In this document: positions 14,701-29,123 of the stretch, piece after piece
Layout of the letters: the number at the start of each line of letters is the position of its first letter
How positions within the stretch are numbered: position 1 is the stretch's first letter
Source of the DNA: Dimorphilus gyrociliatus
Lineage: Eukaryota > Animalia > Annelida
Assembly: GCA_904063045.1 (NCBI GenBank)
Contig: CAJFCJ010000024.1
Span: forward strand, 310,001 to 374,000
Length of the DNA stretch: 64,000 nt
Reading direction: 5' to 3'
Notes under the pieces: model-generated
What the model was told of the DNA's origin: nothing
What the model saw: only the letters and a program-made list of their open reading frames with translations
The model's database searches: none
Program-made: the position numbers and the translations under genes

Positions 14701-16681
14701 ATTGATAGTCCATGAAGGAGAAGAGAAGCGGAACAAGTTACTAGGTTGATAATATAGTATACTTTTAACAATAGAGTAGGATGACTTAATATTAGGAGAC
14801 TACTTATTGTCATCTACGTCCTATTGAATAGTTGAAAGATTAAGGATGTCAATCTGTAAGAGTGCGTCCAGGCTAAAGCGGTCATCAATTTCTGACAAAC
14901 AAGTTACTCTAAAAACGAATACCGCCTGCATAAGTAGCGGCGTGCCTATAAGAGGAAGATATTACGTTTGATCGAGCATGGAACGTGCCGGTGCTGACCA
15001 TCTCTATGACCGATCCGTCGGGGCGAAAAAAGTACAAAGTCGTGATAGGCGTTTCTCTTGCGTAAAAGACACTTATAAAGCTTATTAATTAATTAAATAA
15101 GACCTCAGGCGTTTATTTTTAGTAATCTTTATATACTTAAGTCAAGCACAGATAAAAACTTACGAGGAGATATAACATATTAATTTCCCCTAATTAACTC
15201 TTAACTTAATAAATCTATTTGGACGCTGGAATCTCTTAGTCATTAGTCCACAGAGAGCTTTGATAGGGAATTCGTAACATTTGATTTTAACTGACTGATA
15301 TTAAAAGATTAACCTTAATGAACCATTTAATGAGTGAGGTCTAAATATTTGGAAACTTTAAAATATCCTAAAAGTAGCAAAACTCATATGTTTTTTATCC
15401 GACAAACAATCCATAAAAATACCTATACGACTTATAAAAACTTGTTAACGGCTATAATAAGCTACCTAATTCTTTCATCTAAATAAAAAGATAGATAAGG
15501 ATTAAATAGGTATAGAGATAAACGTAAATTGGTATAAAGAAGAGAAAAAATGGACCAAAGAAAGCAAGTTTAGTGAGTTGAGTGAGTGAAATAGATAATT
15601 TTTGTTATTTCACTGCTCTTCTCTCTTTTCTTAAACTATTCTTTCTAACCTCTCACTCTATTACTTTCTCTCTCGCTCTCTCTCTCTCTCTCTTTCCCTT
15701 TTACCTTCTTCCTTTATCTTCTCTGCCCATTTTTTATCCCTCCTAAACAGGGAGATTAGGAGTTTGGAAAATATCAAGTGCAAAAGGAAAAAAAAGGCAT
15801 CTGTAGGCCTATCTCTTCCCCACCATAATTAATTAAAGAAAAAAAGAAAATTAGTAGCAGCTTAAACCTCAATACGATAAAACAAAATACCCATACCTAA
15901 AGTACATGCGTCAATATATCTACATATTTATATAAAGCATATAGACTGCTGATAAAATACCAATATAAAAACTATAAATGTCCTTATTATGTGTACTCTA
16001 TCAAAATCAAGTTGTTCCATACTTAAGAAATAAAGATGAGAATATATAGGAAAAAGGGTAAAAAGAGGTGAAAAGGGCAAAAACAAAACTTTTATTTTTA
16101 TATATGAAAATAATAGTTATACGAGTTTGAGTTTTTTCCGATAGTTCAAGCACTTTACGCGCTATTAACGTCTTACTCTTGTATTAAAAAACATATGGGC
16201 TAGAACCTTTTGAAAAGGGTAGGACTAAAATGAAAAGTCAGTAATGTTTTGATTATTAATAAAATTGTTAAGTGTATGTTTCTATTTTCTTTCTTTTTAT
16301 ATTTAAAAAAATATATTTTGAAGAAGTAAAAGTTCAAGCGTTGAAAAAGAAAACTTCTAAAAGTTTAATAGAGAATGAAGGAGAGCATTAAAGAAAAAGT
16401 TTATCTATAATATTTGATTTCTTATGAATAGTAAATAACTTGGATTTATTACAATATTTTTATTTATATGTAAATATATCGGTTTATCACGGGAGGGCTT
16501 ACGATCCATAAAATTATATAAAGGAAGTTTTCTCTCTCCTCTCTTAATTAACTTTGGCTCGATATTTTTCCAACATTATACGCTAATACCATCGCAGGCA
16601 GTCCAACGAACTTCCAACAGACGGCGCTCAAGCTTTGTAGCGTCTTCACTTAAATTCCGCCCCTATTCCGAAGCGGATCCA

Positions 16682-19600
16682 ATGCAGAACAGCGAAGTGG
16701 AACGACAGAATACGCCACCCCTTCCTCCACCACCAGCACCTCACATTTGTTCGCACAATTACGAAAGCATAGACGAACCACTGCCACCTCCTCCTCCACC
16801 AACTTCTGCTCAGGAAGTTAAACCTCAACTTCTCGTTCAACCTACTATGCCGTCAAGTCCTCGTCTATGTGTTACTGGCTTCCCAAGACGACGGTTAGAC
16901 GCCGAAGAACCGAAGCAGAACGAGCGCAATCAGTTGAACGAATGTCGAGATTACGGTGATTATAGAGCTACAAATACGCCAGGCTCAACAACTGGTCAAG
17001 ATACTTCGACATCATCAAATTCCTCTTTTAGAAGGAGAGCGGATAGTTTCGGTTTAGATAGAACACCTATAGCAAGAACAGTTGTTTGCAGTTTGTTATC
17101 AGCCTTATTTGTGTCAACTCTCCTACTCTTATGCATGTTTGGATGGTACGATTACAGCTTGAGAGTTGCTGTTACAGTGTCTGCTATGGTTCTTCTCTTC
17201 CTTTCAATCTCATTGTGCATTTCGAGGTAATAGATCATTTTAATTTATTCTTTTACATCATATTATAAAATTAAAGATATTTCCTACTTGAAATTGATCT
17301 TGTTTCTATTCGGAAGTCAAGTGTCAGTTGTTTTTGCCCATTTCCGTATATCAAGTGGCACACAAGTTATTAAGGCATTTTTTTCTATTTATTGAAAAGT
17401 AATTTATCCCATTCTTTGTATATTTATATATGATCTTTCCATCATTTTGTTTCCTTTAACTTATAAACAATCTAAACCTAAACGGTTCAATAATAAATAA
17501 GCCATATATTGTTTTCCTATTACTATCGCCAACTATTTTCATGTTGTTTTGTTCGTTTCTTTCTAGGATGGTCAGATGCGCTTTGGCCCTTATTCTACCA
17601 AGTATTATAACGACAAGAGGAAGGCTTGGATGTTTAATTCTTCTTAGTAGTTTATTATTAAAAGGTCCAGCTGACAATATCTTTCAAAACGTTGAAGAAG
17701 TTTGTAGGAGTCTTAGTTGTTCTACTGAGCAGTCTCATAATCAAACGGCCATTTTACTTCAACCATTTGACGCTATGATGCAACAGCTTAACCATACAAC
17801 TAGAAAATTACAGTACGCAGCTCTCAATGTCAGCAATCGTTTTCGGCCCCTTAATCGATCCCTTATCGAAGCTGATCGATCATTGGTTAGAAGTGATAAG
17901 ATAATACATCAATCGGTAACGGTGAGTGTTGTAAGGCTATATGTTGTCCTTTGTCTTGTTTTTTTCCTACATTAGTTTAAAACTAGTATTCCAAATACCC
18001 TTTATTTTCACTATTAAAAGATGGAAATTGGAAATAGTTTAAGTATTATTGCAGATGATCTAAAAAAGAAAAAAGCCAATTTCTTTAGCAAAAACTATTT
18101 TTCATCGCTACCTTCACTAATTTATTTTGCAAATTTATAAGAGAAAAAAATGTTGAAAACCTATCCTCTCTAAACAGGCCTATATATTTATATTTATAGG
18201 TTACATCAGTATTCATGGTAATTAAAATTAAACAAGTGAATAAATAAATAGGTCAATTTCACAGTTACGATAGATAAGATAAGTCAGCAAAAAATAAAAG
18301 AGTACGAGGAAGAGAGAGAGAGAGAGAGATAAATTGATATAGAAAAAGAATTTTTTTCCAAAATTTCTCTGGAAAACAACTTGAAGCAGCTGCAAAAAAA
18401 TTGCCTACTCTAATAACCGAAAGAATTTTTCACTATCCCATCAAGAGATCGCCCTAATCGACCTTAAAGTAAATTCTTTCTATCGTATACACCATCTTTT
18501 AATTACCATTAATTATAATACTTTATATTTTCTTAACTTTTATTTAAAGTATTCCCTTACATTTCGAATTTTGCTAGCCGTAAAATATTATACGGAATAG
18601 AGTTAGTGAAGTGTAAAGGTGAAGGTCGTTCTGATTGGATGCATTTTAATGAAATGTTTGACAAATTTATTGACTGTTTAAAATAGAAACTTGTCGTATC
18701 TGTCCATCAAAGGAAAAATATATGTTTACACCAACAGGGGGAGCTTTGAATTGTTATCTTTTCCAATGTTTTTTATTTCTGATATTGCTCCTAGTAATAA
18801 CGATGAGTAGATAAATTAATTACAGACACTTGCGGTAAATAAACGCAATTTATTGGCTGTTTATTGCAATAGGGATAATTTAAGACGTACTGCAACAGAA
18901 GGCGTAAATAAAATATTACGTTATTCAAAAATATTAACATTTTGTAGTCTACACAGCAAAAAAAAGAGTACGATCAGGGTTTGTAAGAGAAGGGGAAGAA
19001 ATTAGGAAAGAAGAAAAAACCACCTGTTAAACGTCAATCAAAATATAAACATTCTGTTGCAGAACTGCCGTAATTTGATAAAAAAAGCCCATGCCGATTG
19101 TGAAAATGGTATACAAGAAGCTAGATCAAGGTGCGACAAGATAGTTGAATCGATAGCAGATGTGGTAATGACCGCTCAGAGTTTTTTCAAAAAATTAGAA
19201 ACAAACATACCAAACGATCATATAGAGAAGCGGAGGGCAGAGGAAGAGAAATCGGCTCGACCAAAAACTAATGAAGACCGATCCAAGTTAATGTGTAAGC
19301 CCCTGCAGACTGGCAGTGTTTGTTCGACTTTAGCTAATCCGAAAAATCTGTGCGTCGAATCAGACAATGCTGGAGGAGCTATTAGAAGGGCAATTAACGC
19401 TACTCAATCAGCTATGGAAAAATTGGAAAATTCATTACATTTTTCAGTATCACCAAGTGTTAAAGGATGGATAGACAAAGGAGGAGGAGGAGGACGAGGA
19501 GGATTAAAATCAAATCAGAATAAGACAGTATCATTATCAATATCCGAAAGGATAGAAAAAAAATTCAGAAAAAGAATTGAATATGTTCAATTAGCTATTG

Positions 19601-20954
19601 AAATTCTTCATAAAATGTTACCTATTTCGCTTTTATTAATTGCAAACTCGGCATTTAGACATATAAAAGTAACACCGGATAATCGTTTTTATATCTAAAT
19701 AATTAATCCTTACTTAATCCTTAAATATTTTATTATTTGATTACGTACACGATAGAAGTATTTAAAGAAAACAGCCCTCAAGTTAAGACAGAAAAATACG
19801 AGCGTTTTAACCTTTTTGACCCTTTTTATATAAACAAAATAGAGCAGTTTGGTATCAAGCCGGTAAAGTTTTAAGATGTATTATATCAATAAGGAATTGT
19901 TTAAATCTATATAACAATAAGTATTCTTATATCCGGTGATACTTTTCTTAATAAGTTCTACTTGACTGATATTCGCTATGATAATACTTACGTATCGAGA
20001 AGAGCTGGAAAATTGGATGCGAGAAGGAAAGAAGTTGGTTCTGTACCTCTACTACCTCTTCGTAGATATGAAAAAAGGACTGTTTCCGATGTTTCCGGTT
20101 CCGCTGAATTAACGGCAGCCGAAGAAAAACTCTATTCCGTTGGACTGTGTGTTCTCCTACTCCACTTTTTGCTTGCTTTCGCTTTATATTCATTTGATTT
20201 TCTCCTTTATTGGGTACTCAGTTTAATTACTAAGAATTCTAGTGGTTTAAATCTTGAGAATGATCCGATAGTTTCATCAAGAATATCCTTGAGGGGAGAA
20301 GGTGCACTTTTTGAACTTCTTCATATATTTATATCTTCATTCAATTTGGGTAGTATGTCCAACTATGCACAAGCAGTCGATTCCCGAAAGTGCTTGCCGA
20401 AGCCCAACTCTCCTAAACTTTTATATTTGTTTGTTTTATTAATCTTGTATATTGTATTGCTAGTCACCCTTCTACTCAAAGCCTATATATTCCGAATTCG
20501 GGCCAGGTTATCTGCTTATTTCTATCCGGAAAGGGAAAAAGCTAGATTAGTTCACCTATATTCTAAGCTTTTGATGAGGAGATCCAAAGCCGGGATAAGC
20601 CTCTCAAATAGAGTTCGAGAAGAACAATTGAAGAGAGATTTACAAAGAGAGGTTAGCATCTTCAGGAGGTTAGCTTCAATTTGCCCACCTTTGAAACCTT
20701 TAGTATTTGGCCCAAGAAAGTGCTTGGCGTGCAACGCTCTAGAAGAGCACGGTTTTGTCGATTGTTCAACAGCTGGTTGTTGCGGTTTCTATTGCCCCGA
20801 TTGTTTCCTCGACCTCGGTAGAGTTTGTACTTTATGCGAACGATTTTTTAGAAGAAGTGGAGGATTTGCTTGTGAAGAAGAGGAAGAATACGAAGATGAA
20901 TTCGGTGAATTTGAAGAAATCTCTTTAGCATATGACAAGAGAGTATACTTGTAA
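16682..20954 (+). CDS. DCST1: DC-STAMP domain protein (DCST1/2, sneaky, SPE-42 family sperm-egg fusion factor), about 834 aa
   Basis: Exons 16682-17226, 17567-17921, 19063-19668, 19956-20954, in frame. Multiple TM segments, a Cys-rich extracellular region, FYLTDIRYDNTYV and LLPLRRYE motifs, and a C-terminal eight-Cys RING-like finger (CLAC...CSTAGCCGFYCPDC...CTLC). Pro-rich N-terminal extension. DCST1 versus DCST2 is not resolved. Confidence 0.88.
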
Positions 20955-22233
20955 AGAAGATAATGAATAAGCTGCTGTTTCAAGAAATATCTTTCTATTT
21001 CCAACAATTCTACTTACTATAAGATATCGACAAAAAATTTCAGCAATGAACAACTATATCAAGGATAAAACTGGCATTTATTCAAGTTTTTAAATGTAAA
21101 ATACTCTAAACTGTATGTCTTTTTTTTTGCCAACATAATATGAACTAGAACATCTTATGATTCATATGTTTATATATATATATATATTTATATATTATTT
21201 ATAAAGAAGCACACAATTTCCTGTTGTTTAGACTGCACTGTCAGGATATAAAGTAGATGGCGCTTCAAAACTATTATACAAATAAACACAACATTTTCAA
21301 GATATATAAACAAAAACATTAACGCTAGTTACTATAAATGTTCTTGACATTTTCAATAAAAGAAATTAAAGGATAGACTTTTTAATACTACAGAAAGGTA
21401 ATAATATTTATCTTTCTCTTATCAAGTCGTAGTGTATTACAAAAAGACGCCTATAAATGATAATTGGAAGAAGAGAACAAAAAAAAGGCGAAAAGGGATA
21501 TGTAAGATACGTTAAAATAATAAAAATAACAAAGCAGAAGCAACTAGATTTTCATCTAGCTTGTACTTTTGTAAAGTTCAGAAGAAAAGATAAGATGCAT
21601 ATAACTTTCTGATTCGTAAATGTCAACGATTAATTGCAGTATAAACATAGTCTATAAATTAGATAATAAGGGTTAAAAAAAATTCCTGATAGGGTAGTAA
21701 ATATATATTCTATGTTTTTAGGTCAAAATCAAATCAATTAAAACCTTTTAGTTAGGGAAAATAAATAGAAATAAACGTTTTTACAATTTTCTGCATTTAG
21801 CAAATATGCACCTCCCTCCACTTTCATTTCATCTTAAAAAGAAGAAAATAAACTGAAATCTTTTTATATTTTATAGATTCAAGGTAAGAAAGAAATTGTT
21901 TATATATAATAAATATATGATAAAATTACTTTAAATAGTATATATACTTTATATATATATACTTTTATTGAAAAATAAAATTCCTATTAAGTAGTAATTT
22001 GCATAGTTGGATGAAGAAGAAAGAGAGAATTTATGAATGAATGAATGAATGAACGACTGCATGAATGGAGAATAGATATAACAAAATAGTCAATAAAAAG
22101 AAAATGATGTAAGGATAAATGTTTTCGTTATTAACTCAGCACCACCATTATTATTTTTTCTTCCCTTCTTTTCCAGTTGAATAAATCTTGGAAAAAGTTC
22201 TCTTTTTTTGTCCGAATTCTTTCTCTTATACGA

Positions 22234-25200
22234 TTAAGTATCGAAATATTTACTCTTTGCATTAAATTTCTCATTCACTCTCTTCAGAAGAGCTGGACTA
22301 TTTGTTAACGGATTTCGACATACAATTAAAGTTATTTCGTCTGCACATCTTGCAAGGAGACAGGCCACCTGTCGGCAATCTAGTAGCCTTGTTGAAGTTT
22401 CATTAATTTGCAAAATTCGATCATAGACTTTCAAAACACCGGATGCGGGTGAATTAGGTTTAATGGCGCTTATGTAAACTCCTTTTTCATATACCCCATC
22501 CGATAAGCTAAAACCAAAAGGTTCACTTGATAGCCTTTTTACGATAATTCTCTCTAATTGAACAGGTGTAGGTCTAAAAACTGTTTGAATTTGCCTTTCG
22601 ACTTCCCGTAGCTGCTCGTCACAACTTTCCTTCCTCTTTTCCCAAGGATCATTGGAACTAATGGTATTATCACTAAGCTCTGATAGGCGTTCCCAGATTT
22701 CATTTTCATTTCGACGCTGGACGGTTGATTGACTTCTCCTTAGTGATTTCGGCGTCTTAGCAGAGGGAGATGAAGGATTGCTTAATTCTTCCTCTTCAGG
22801 ATCTTGTCGTCGTATTTTCAGAGTAACTATGTCATTACAGTCGTCTTGCAGTAACAGCGCTACTCGTTCCGGTTCTATTCCCACAACGCCAACTCCATCG
22901 ACGCTTAAAAGTTCATCACCAACTCGTACGACATTGGAACGATGGGCAACGCTCCCAGTACGAACCTTGTTAAATGAAAAAACAAAATTATCTCTTCTAC
23001 CGAAAGATGGCGCTATTTCTTCTCTAATTACTTTACCTGTGATACTTTGGCAACACACTCTTCCGTGTCATGATTTCGGTTATTGATATGTCGAGGGGCT
23101 GAGACAGTTAATCCTAAAGACTTAGCCGCTCTTCTAGGCAGTTTGACAGTTAAAATGCCATAGGCTTCACTCAGCGAATCGGATATATCAAATTCGAAAG
23201 TAACTAAATAATCTTGCTCGATATGAGATGAGAGGAGAGACGTGATTTGATTCAGGTTCAATGAATTTAGGTCTATATTACTAATCGACAATATTCTATC
23301 CCCTATAATATAAAAAATACATATTTTTTATTGCATCATTCCAAAGCGATTTTTTTTTGTAATTCGTTTATACAGCTACGTATCTAGAAGTATACCAATA
23401 ATGCATATATATCTATAATCTGTATATACATATATATATATATATATATGCATTTCTCCATCAATTTCAACTTGAAAGGGTATTGCGAACATCTCAAAAC
23501 ATGCTTGACATAATTATCTTACATATAAAAATAATCGATTTAAGCCTATAAATGTGTTAATTAACCATTATTTTTACGCCTAAGGGGCCTTTCTTTTCGG
23601 ATGAAAATACCCTTGACATTCGTCGCAAGAAAGTGTAAAAGTATGATTCTGGATTTTTTCAGTCCTTAAATATTCTTCAAGGAGTTACTCTGCATAAAAT
23701 ACGTCTATTATTTGCTTGTGCTTTCTTTCTTCAGTATTCCCTCTCAAAGGATTCATATTTTATTAGATGAAAGAAAAAGAATATAAGGAAATTTGTATGT
23801 TTTCCAACACTTAATACCTCGTAGCCTATTGTTTGAGCCTTTCAAGCATGTAGCTGCTTGTTTTTATGGCTCTATGAGTCTTTCGGGCTGGGTTAGAATA
23901 GATTTTAATTTGAATTAGCTTTACGAGTTAGATTAATTAAGTGAGATTATCCACGATGGTAAAAAAGGCTACTAAAATGATTTATGAGCTAGCTTCTTAA
24001 GCAATCACAATAAAGTAATGACCTTCAAATATAACTCCAGTCTGCCATGCGTTTCCACCAACAAATACTTCACTAGCAACTAGTTGAGATCCCTCCTTTT
24101 CCAACAAAAGACCGCAAGGAGTTTTCAAGGAAACTTTATGTGTATGTGTTCTACGAACGGACGGTAAAGAAGACCCACGGAACAAACCGTCTCTTCTTGA
24201 CGTTGATACAGAGGATGATGAGGCTTAAAGGAAAATAAAAAGAAGAGGGAATGAATTATTTACCAAAAGAGTGACGTCAAACTCATAAAATGCAACTCCT
24301 TATATCAAATAGCCTATGAAGATTCTTTTACTTGTTAGTAAAGAAAACAGACAGGTCAAAAAAAGGCTGTTTATAACTATACTGTTTGTAAGAGATTCTC
24401 TTTTTTTGCCTATTTGTACCACTTATTATTTAGGAATGAGCACAAAAAGAAAAGCTCCCAACACCCTCAACCGTTCCCTAATTAGACCGACTATAATTTT
24501 TTCTAATCACTACAAACTCCTATTTGGCCTAATTAGCAAAAGGCATTTACAGTGTGTGTGTGTTTCTTATTTTTTACTTTTATTTAATCAATTTACATTT
24601 CTGCCAATAAAATAAGAAAGATAAGCATAAAAGATAGATTAGGGTTGAAATAACAAAAAGAAGAATAAAAGAAGGGGAGTTTGGGGAAGATATTATAAAA
24701 ACAGAAAAAGGATGGAATTTACAGATTTTTGTATATATACAGTATATATATATATATATATAGAGTATATAAAAAAGGAGATTTTTTACGTTTCTTAGGC
24801 CTATAATGCAAATAAAATTCTGATAAAATCCAATATAGAAAAAAGAGAAGGAAATTAGCAAAAAAATAAACAGTATTAAGTAAAATAACACACAAGGCTA
24901 TTAATAAATATTCATAAAAACAAATAAAATATTTTTTTTCAACCGGAAGTTATTAATTAAAGTTAATATTTTAGAGATATCTTTTTTTTATTATGTTTAT
25001 ATCTCTATATCTATGTATTTGGAACATGCGTATTCACCACTTTCTTTTTGAAAAGCTTCTCGAATATCATCAACGCTTTTTGTTTGACGAATAGCATTTT
25101 TAGGACGTTCATTTTGCCGGACGTCAGGCGTCGATTCTATTAAATTATGCATACGTAAAATATAGTTTTACAATCTGAGTTATACATTTATATTTATATT

Positions 25201-28200
25201 TTTTCCTCCTTTTTACCTAGTTTAATGCTAAAGAAAGGAAAAAAATTGCCTATAAATTATCGCAAATTGAAGGGAAAAGGCTACAAAAAATAACAGTTTG
25301 CTTCATCTCTTTAACTCTGATAGACAAAATTACACTAAATAGTAAAAGAGGAAGAAGAAAGAGAAGAAGAACAAGAAGAAGAACAAGAAGAGGAACAAGA
25401 AGAAGGAGTAGTTGTTGTTGCAGTAGTAGTAGCAATAGCAGTAGAAGGTGGTAAAGGAAAAAAAAATACAAGATAAATTTCTAGGCCTACTCACTGTCGG
25501 AAGTTCGCGACGAATTTAGAATGCTAGACGTTCTTGATATGGCGCCGTTCTGAAAAAAAAGGGAAAAAGGGAAGAGAATAGTGGATGGAAAAGGTGGTAG
25601 AAAAAAATATATAAATATATATATACATATACTGTATATATATATATATAAAATGATAAACGTATACTAAATTATTAATTTTCTCTTTAACTACCTGAGT
25701 TTTTTCTTTTTTTTATCATTATATTCTTTTATATGCAATTAATAGTCTTCTAAATCGGATTATATTAGAATTTATCCTACCTTGGTTGTTCTTATTTCGG
25801 AATTTTGTCTACTTTCAAAACCTTTACCATCTTGACAATTCAACTGAAAGGTATTTGATTTCGAATCATTGTTCTCCGATTCAGCGTATTCCTTATCGGT
25901 TATGACTAAAGACACTTCTGGATTAATCAAATGGCGAGGTAGAATTTCAACTTTGACCTACAAGAATTTAATTAAATATAAATAATTGTTTTGTATGTTT
26001 TTCTTTCGTTTGAAGACAAATAAGCATAATGATAGTCATTATCTACGAAGAGATTCTGGAATAAGAAGAAAGGAGTACATATTGTTAAAACGAGTACAAG
26101 ACAAAGAAACGGGAAGATAAAGATGGTTGGAGAGGGAGAGATTGGAAAAAAAGAAAATCTAGCAATAATCAATATAGAAACGCAAACTATTATAAAAATG
26201 TTATAATTCTCCTTAATTATTTCACTAGAAAGACTGGCTTATAGATTTTCTTGTACGAAGAAATTTTTAAATGATTAAAAGAAAATAGAATAAAATATTC
26301 TTAAACCATCTACTGCTCGCGTTTATTAGTTTATTACTGTAAAGGAAATAAGAGGGAAGAGAGTTAGGGGAGTATGGAAAAAAAGCTTAAAGTTTGTTTT
26401 CTTTTTTTTTCTGTAAAGTAAAGTAGCTTTAACTTACTTCTGCAGCAGGAGACCACTGCATAAGTTGCTGAGCTTCTTTGATGGATATGTTCAAGGTCGG
26501 TACGTTATCAATTGATAAGACATGATCGCCGGGCTTTACAGCACCGCAACGGTCCGCAACACCGGCAGGGATAACCTGAAAAGATATAAGGTAAAACATC
26601 CACTTATTAATTCTATTATTATGACTTTTCTTTCAAAAACAAATTTATTAGCAATCAACTATAGCTGACAGTTTATTGGACTCAAACCGCCAAAAGTCGT
26701 TAGGATCTGGTAAATACTCGCTAGGTGGCGATTAAGAAATATTTCGCAATTGAATATGGTAAGTATATCACGACAAGAAAATAAAATAGTCACCAACCCT
26801 CTCAACTCGAAATCTTGACGACGTCCCATACATAATTTTACTCAACTCAACGCCCAGAATGACGCCTGGGTTTTTTTCAATTTCCAAAAGAACTTGTGCC
26901 TTTGATTCTAAAATTGCAGTAACAATGCTGACGTCGTATTCCAATAACAGTTCGATAAATGAATCTTCCTCAAAACGTAAACGGAGTAGATCAACTACTT
27001 CGTTAAGCGGCAAATTTACAGTCGAGACGGTGTTTACCCTCAAAATCCTATCTCCAGGCCTAATTATACCGCATTTATCCGCCGGAGAATTCGGTCTAAC
27101 TCTTGTCACAGTAATAGGCCTAGACAATTTGGAATCTGACTGAATTCCACCGCGTGCAGTTAATCCAAGATTATCAGCTTCTGTACGTCGTATCTGGACA
27201 ATTGTAGTTTTGCGTCGAACGTTAGAGGATGTATGAATGTGCTTGGGTGGAAGAGGATACTCGAGGTCAAGCGGTACGACTTTTTCACAGAAGCGAACCA
27301 GATCAACCACCTTCATTATAATGAAGAAAATTGATATAAAAAATTCATTATAAAAAAGAATATGCATCATAAAGAAGGCGTGGATTTTAAGGTATTACTG
27401 TATATACAAAAGAGATGAGCCTATAGGCTGATGTGCATTGGATTGATTAAAGATAGAATAAGACGAAAGATAATGTTTAAGACGTACTTCTGAATGCGTT
27501 AGTTGATCCGTCCTTTTACCGTCGATTGCAATAATGACGTCACCAACGTCTACTAAGTCCGATCTGCAAGAGAAAAGTTTGTTTATGCATAGTACACAGT
27601 ACACTAGATAATATATAAAGTTAGAGAAAGAAAGACAATCCTCCTTCTCTGTCTGCATAGATGAAATTAAAGACTTCTTCCAATGAAAATAACGAAAGAA
27701 CAGAGCGATGGAAGTAAAGAAGCGTAAAAAAAGTAAAAAATTCAACATAAGTAACGATCAAATATATCGATAAATAATAAGAATAATTAAATATCTTTCG
27801 ACTAGAGTATTGCAATTGATCGGAAGAAACGTTTGATCCTTTAGTTAATCATGCAAGAAATATCCTTCAAGTTTATAAGAGAGTTTCTTTATTTAAGCGT
27901 ACATCTTTATAAAATTAGGGAAATTAATTTTGAATTATTTTCACCAACAATCTACTAATCTACTATATTTCGTTACTGATATTAATCTTTTTGGCGTAAA
28001 GAAAAAAACTGCAAAGTATCTCTTCTAACCAAGAGAGAGAGAGAGATTTTACTCATGAATAATTTACAGTTTTTTTTCAGATCCTACGAAAATAATTAAT
28101 GAGTACAAGAAATTCATCCCTTGTATGCAAATACGTTAAAAAACTAACTACTTTTTCTCTTTTCTTTTATGGAAATAGAAGGAAATAATATAGATTACTT

Positions 28201-29080
28201 ATATTTTAAGTATATGAAATCAGTAAAAGCAAAGATGAAGAGAAATGAGCAGGAGAGGGAAGATGAGCAGATGATAGAGTAAAGAGAGCCGTGGAGGGAG
28301 AGAGAGAGATATATACGAAAGAAAGGAAAGAGCAGGACGGTAATGTTAGTATAAGGGGGAAGGAAAGTGAGGTCAATTAAATTCTCTTTTTTTTCCTCTA
28401 TCCTTTTTTAATTAGTTATCGAATTCTATCTTTTTTCTTAATTCTCTTTCCTTCTCTCTCTCTCTCTCTCTTTTATATTCTCTTTTCACTTTGTTGCATC
28501 AAAAACACTAATTCTATAAATTCAGAGTTTTGCTAAATGATTCTTTTTCTACTTATTTAATGAGCCCTTTCTACACGTCTAATGAAAAAAATACCATTAA
28601 TATATTATTTTATCATTAAAAATATATTAATCTAAGAGAACTACACGCCATTTTATAGATTTATAATCCGATCATACTTTTATTGAATTTGCGAAAGACA
28701 TTAACACCTGGTGCCTTTAAACTACGAAGAGTCATAATGAATAATTAAAACGGGGTTATTGAACCTACCCATTTGCGTTATGTCGGTTCTGGAGAGTTTT
28801 TGTGGTTTACAACTCAATTAGGGCCTACAGAATGGAATTTAGGCCAATAGCAGAATGATGAATCACGCTCTTCCAGGCGCGTTTATCACAGCAAACTCTA
28901 CGCCAGATAAACGCTAAAGTATCGAGTAAACAAACAAACAAAGCACGTGCGAAAGTTTTTCGTATTAGATCGAGGCTTTGCGTCGGTTTTTTAGGTGAAA
29001 AACAAGGGTGAGCAGCTTTGGAATGAAAACAGTCAGATAGTTGAAATGTGAGGAAAACGAAAAAGAAAAAAGAGTGAGAT

Positions 29081-29123
<43 letters not shown>

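Noticed and set aside
22778-23086. Antisense ORFs overlapping real exons (e.g. 22778-23086, 26859-27143, 42383-42721, 61291-61530, 63480-63737)
   Set aside because: These are shadow frames of coding sequence with no independent motifs.
24316-25471. Hydrophobic Leu/Phe/Ile/Tyr-rich ORFs in introns and intergenic DNA (also 9848, 12495, 36895, 38129, 55031, 60571-60999)
   Set aside because: They are translations of T-rich, TA-repeat or AAG-repeat low-complexity DNA, not membrane proteins.
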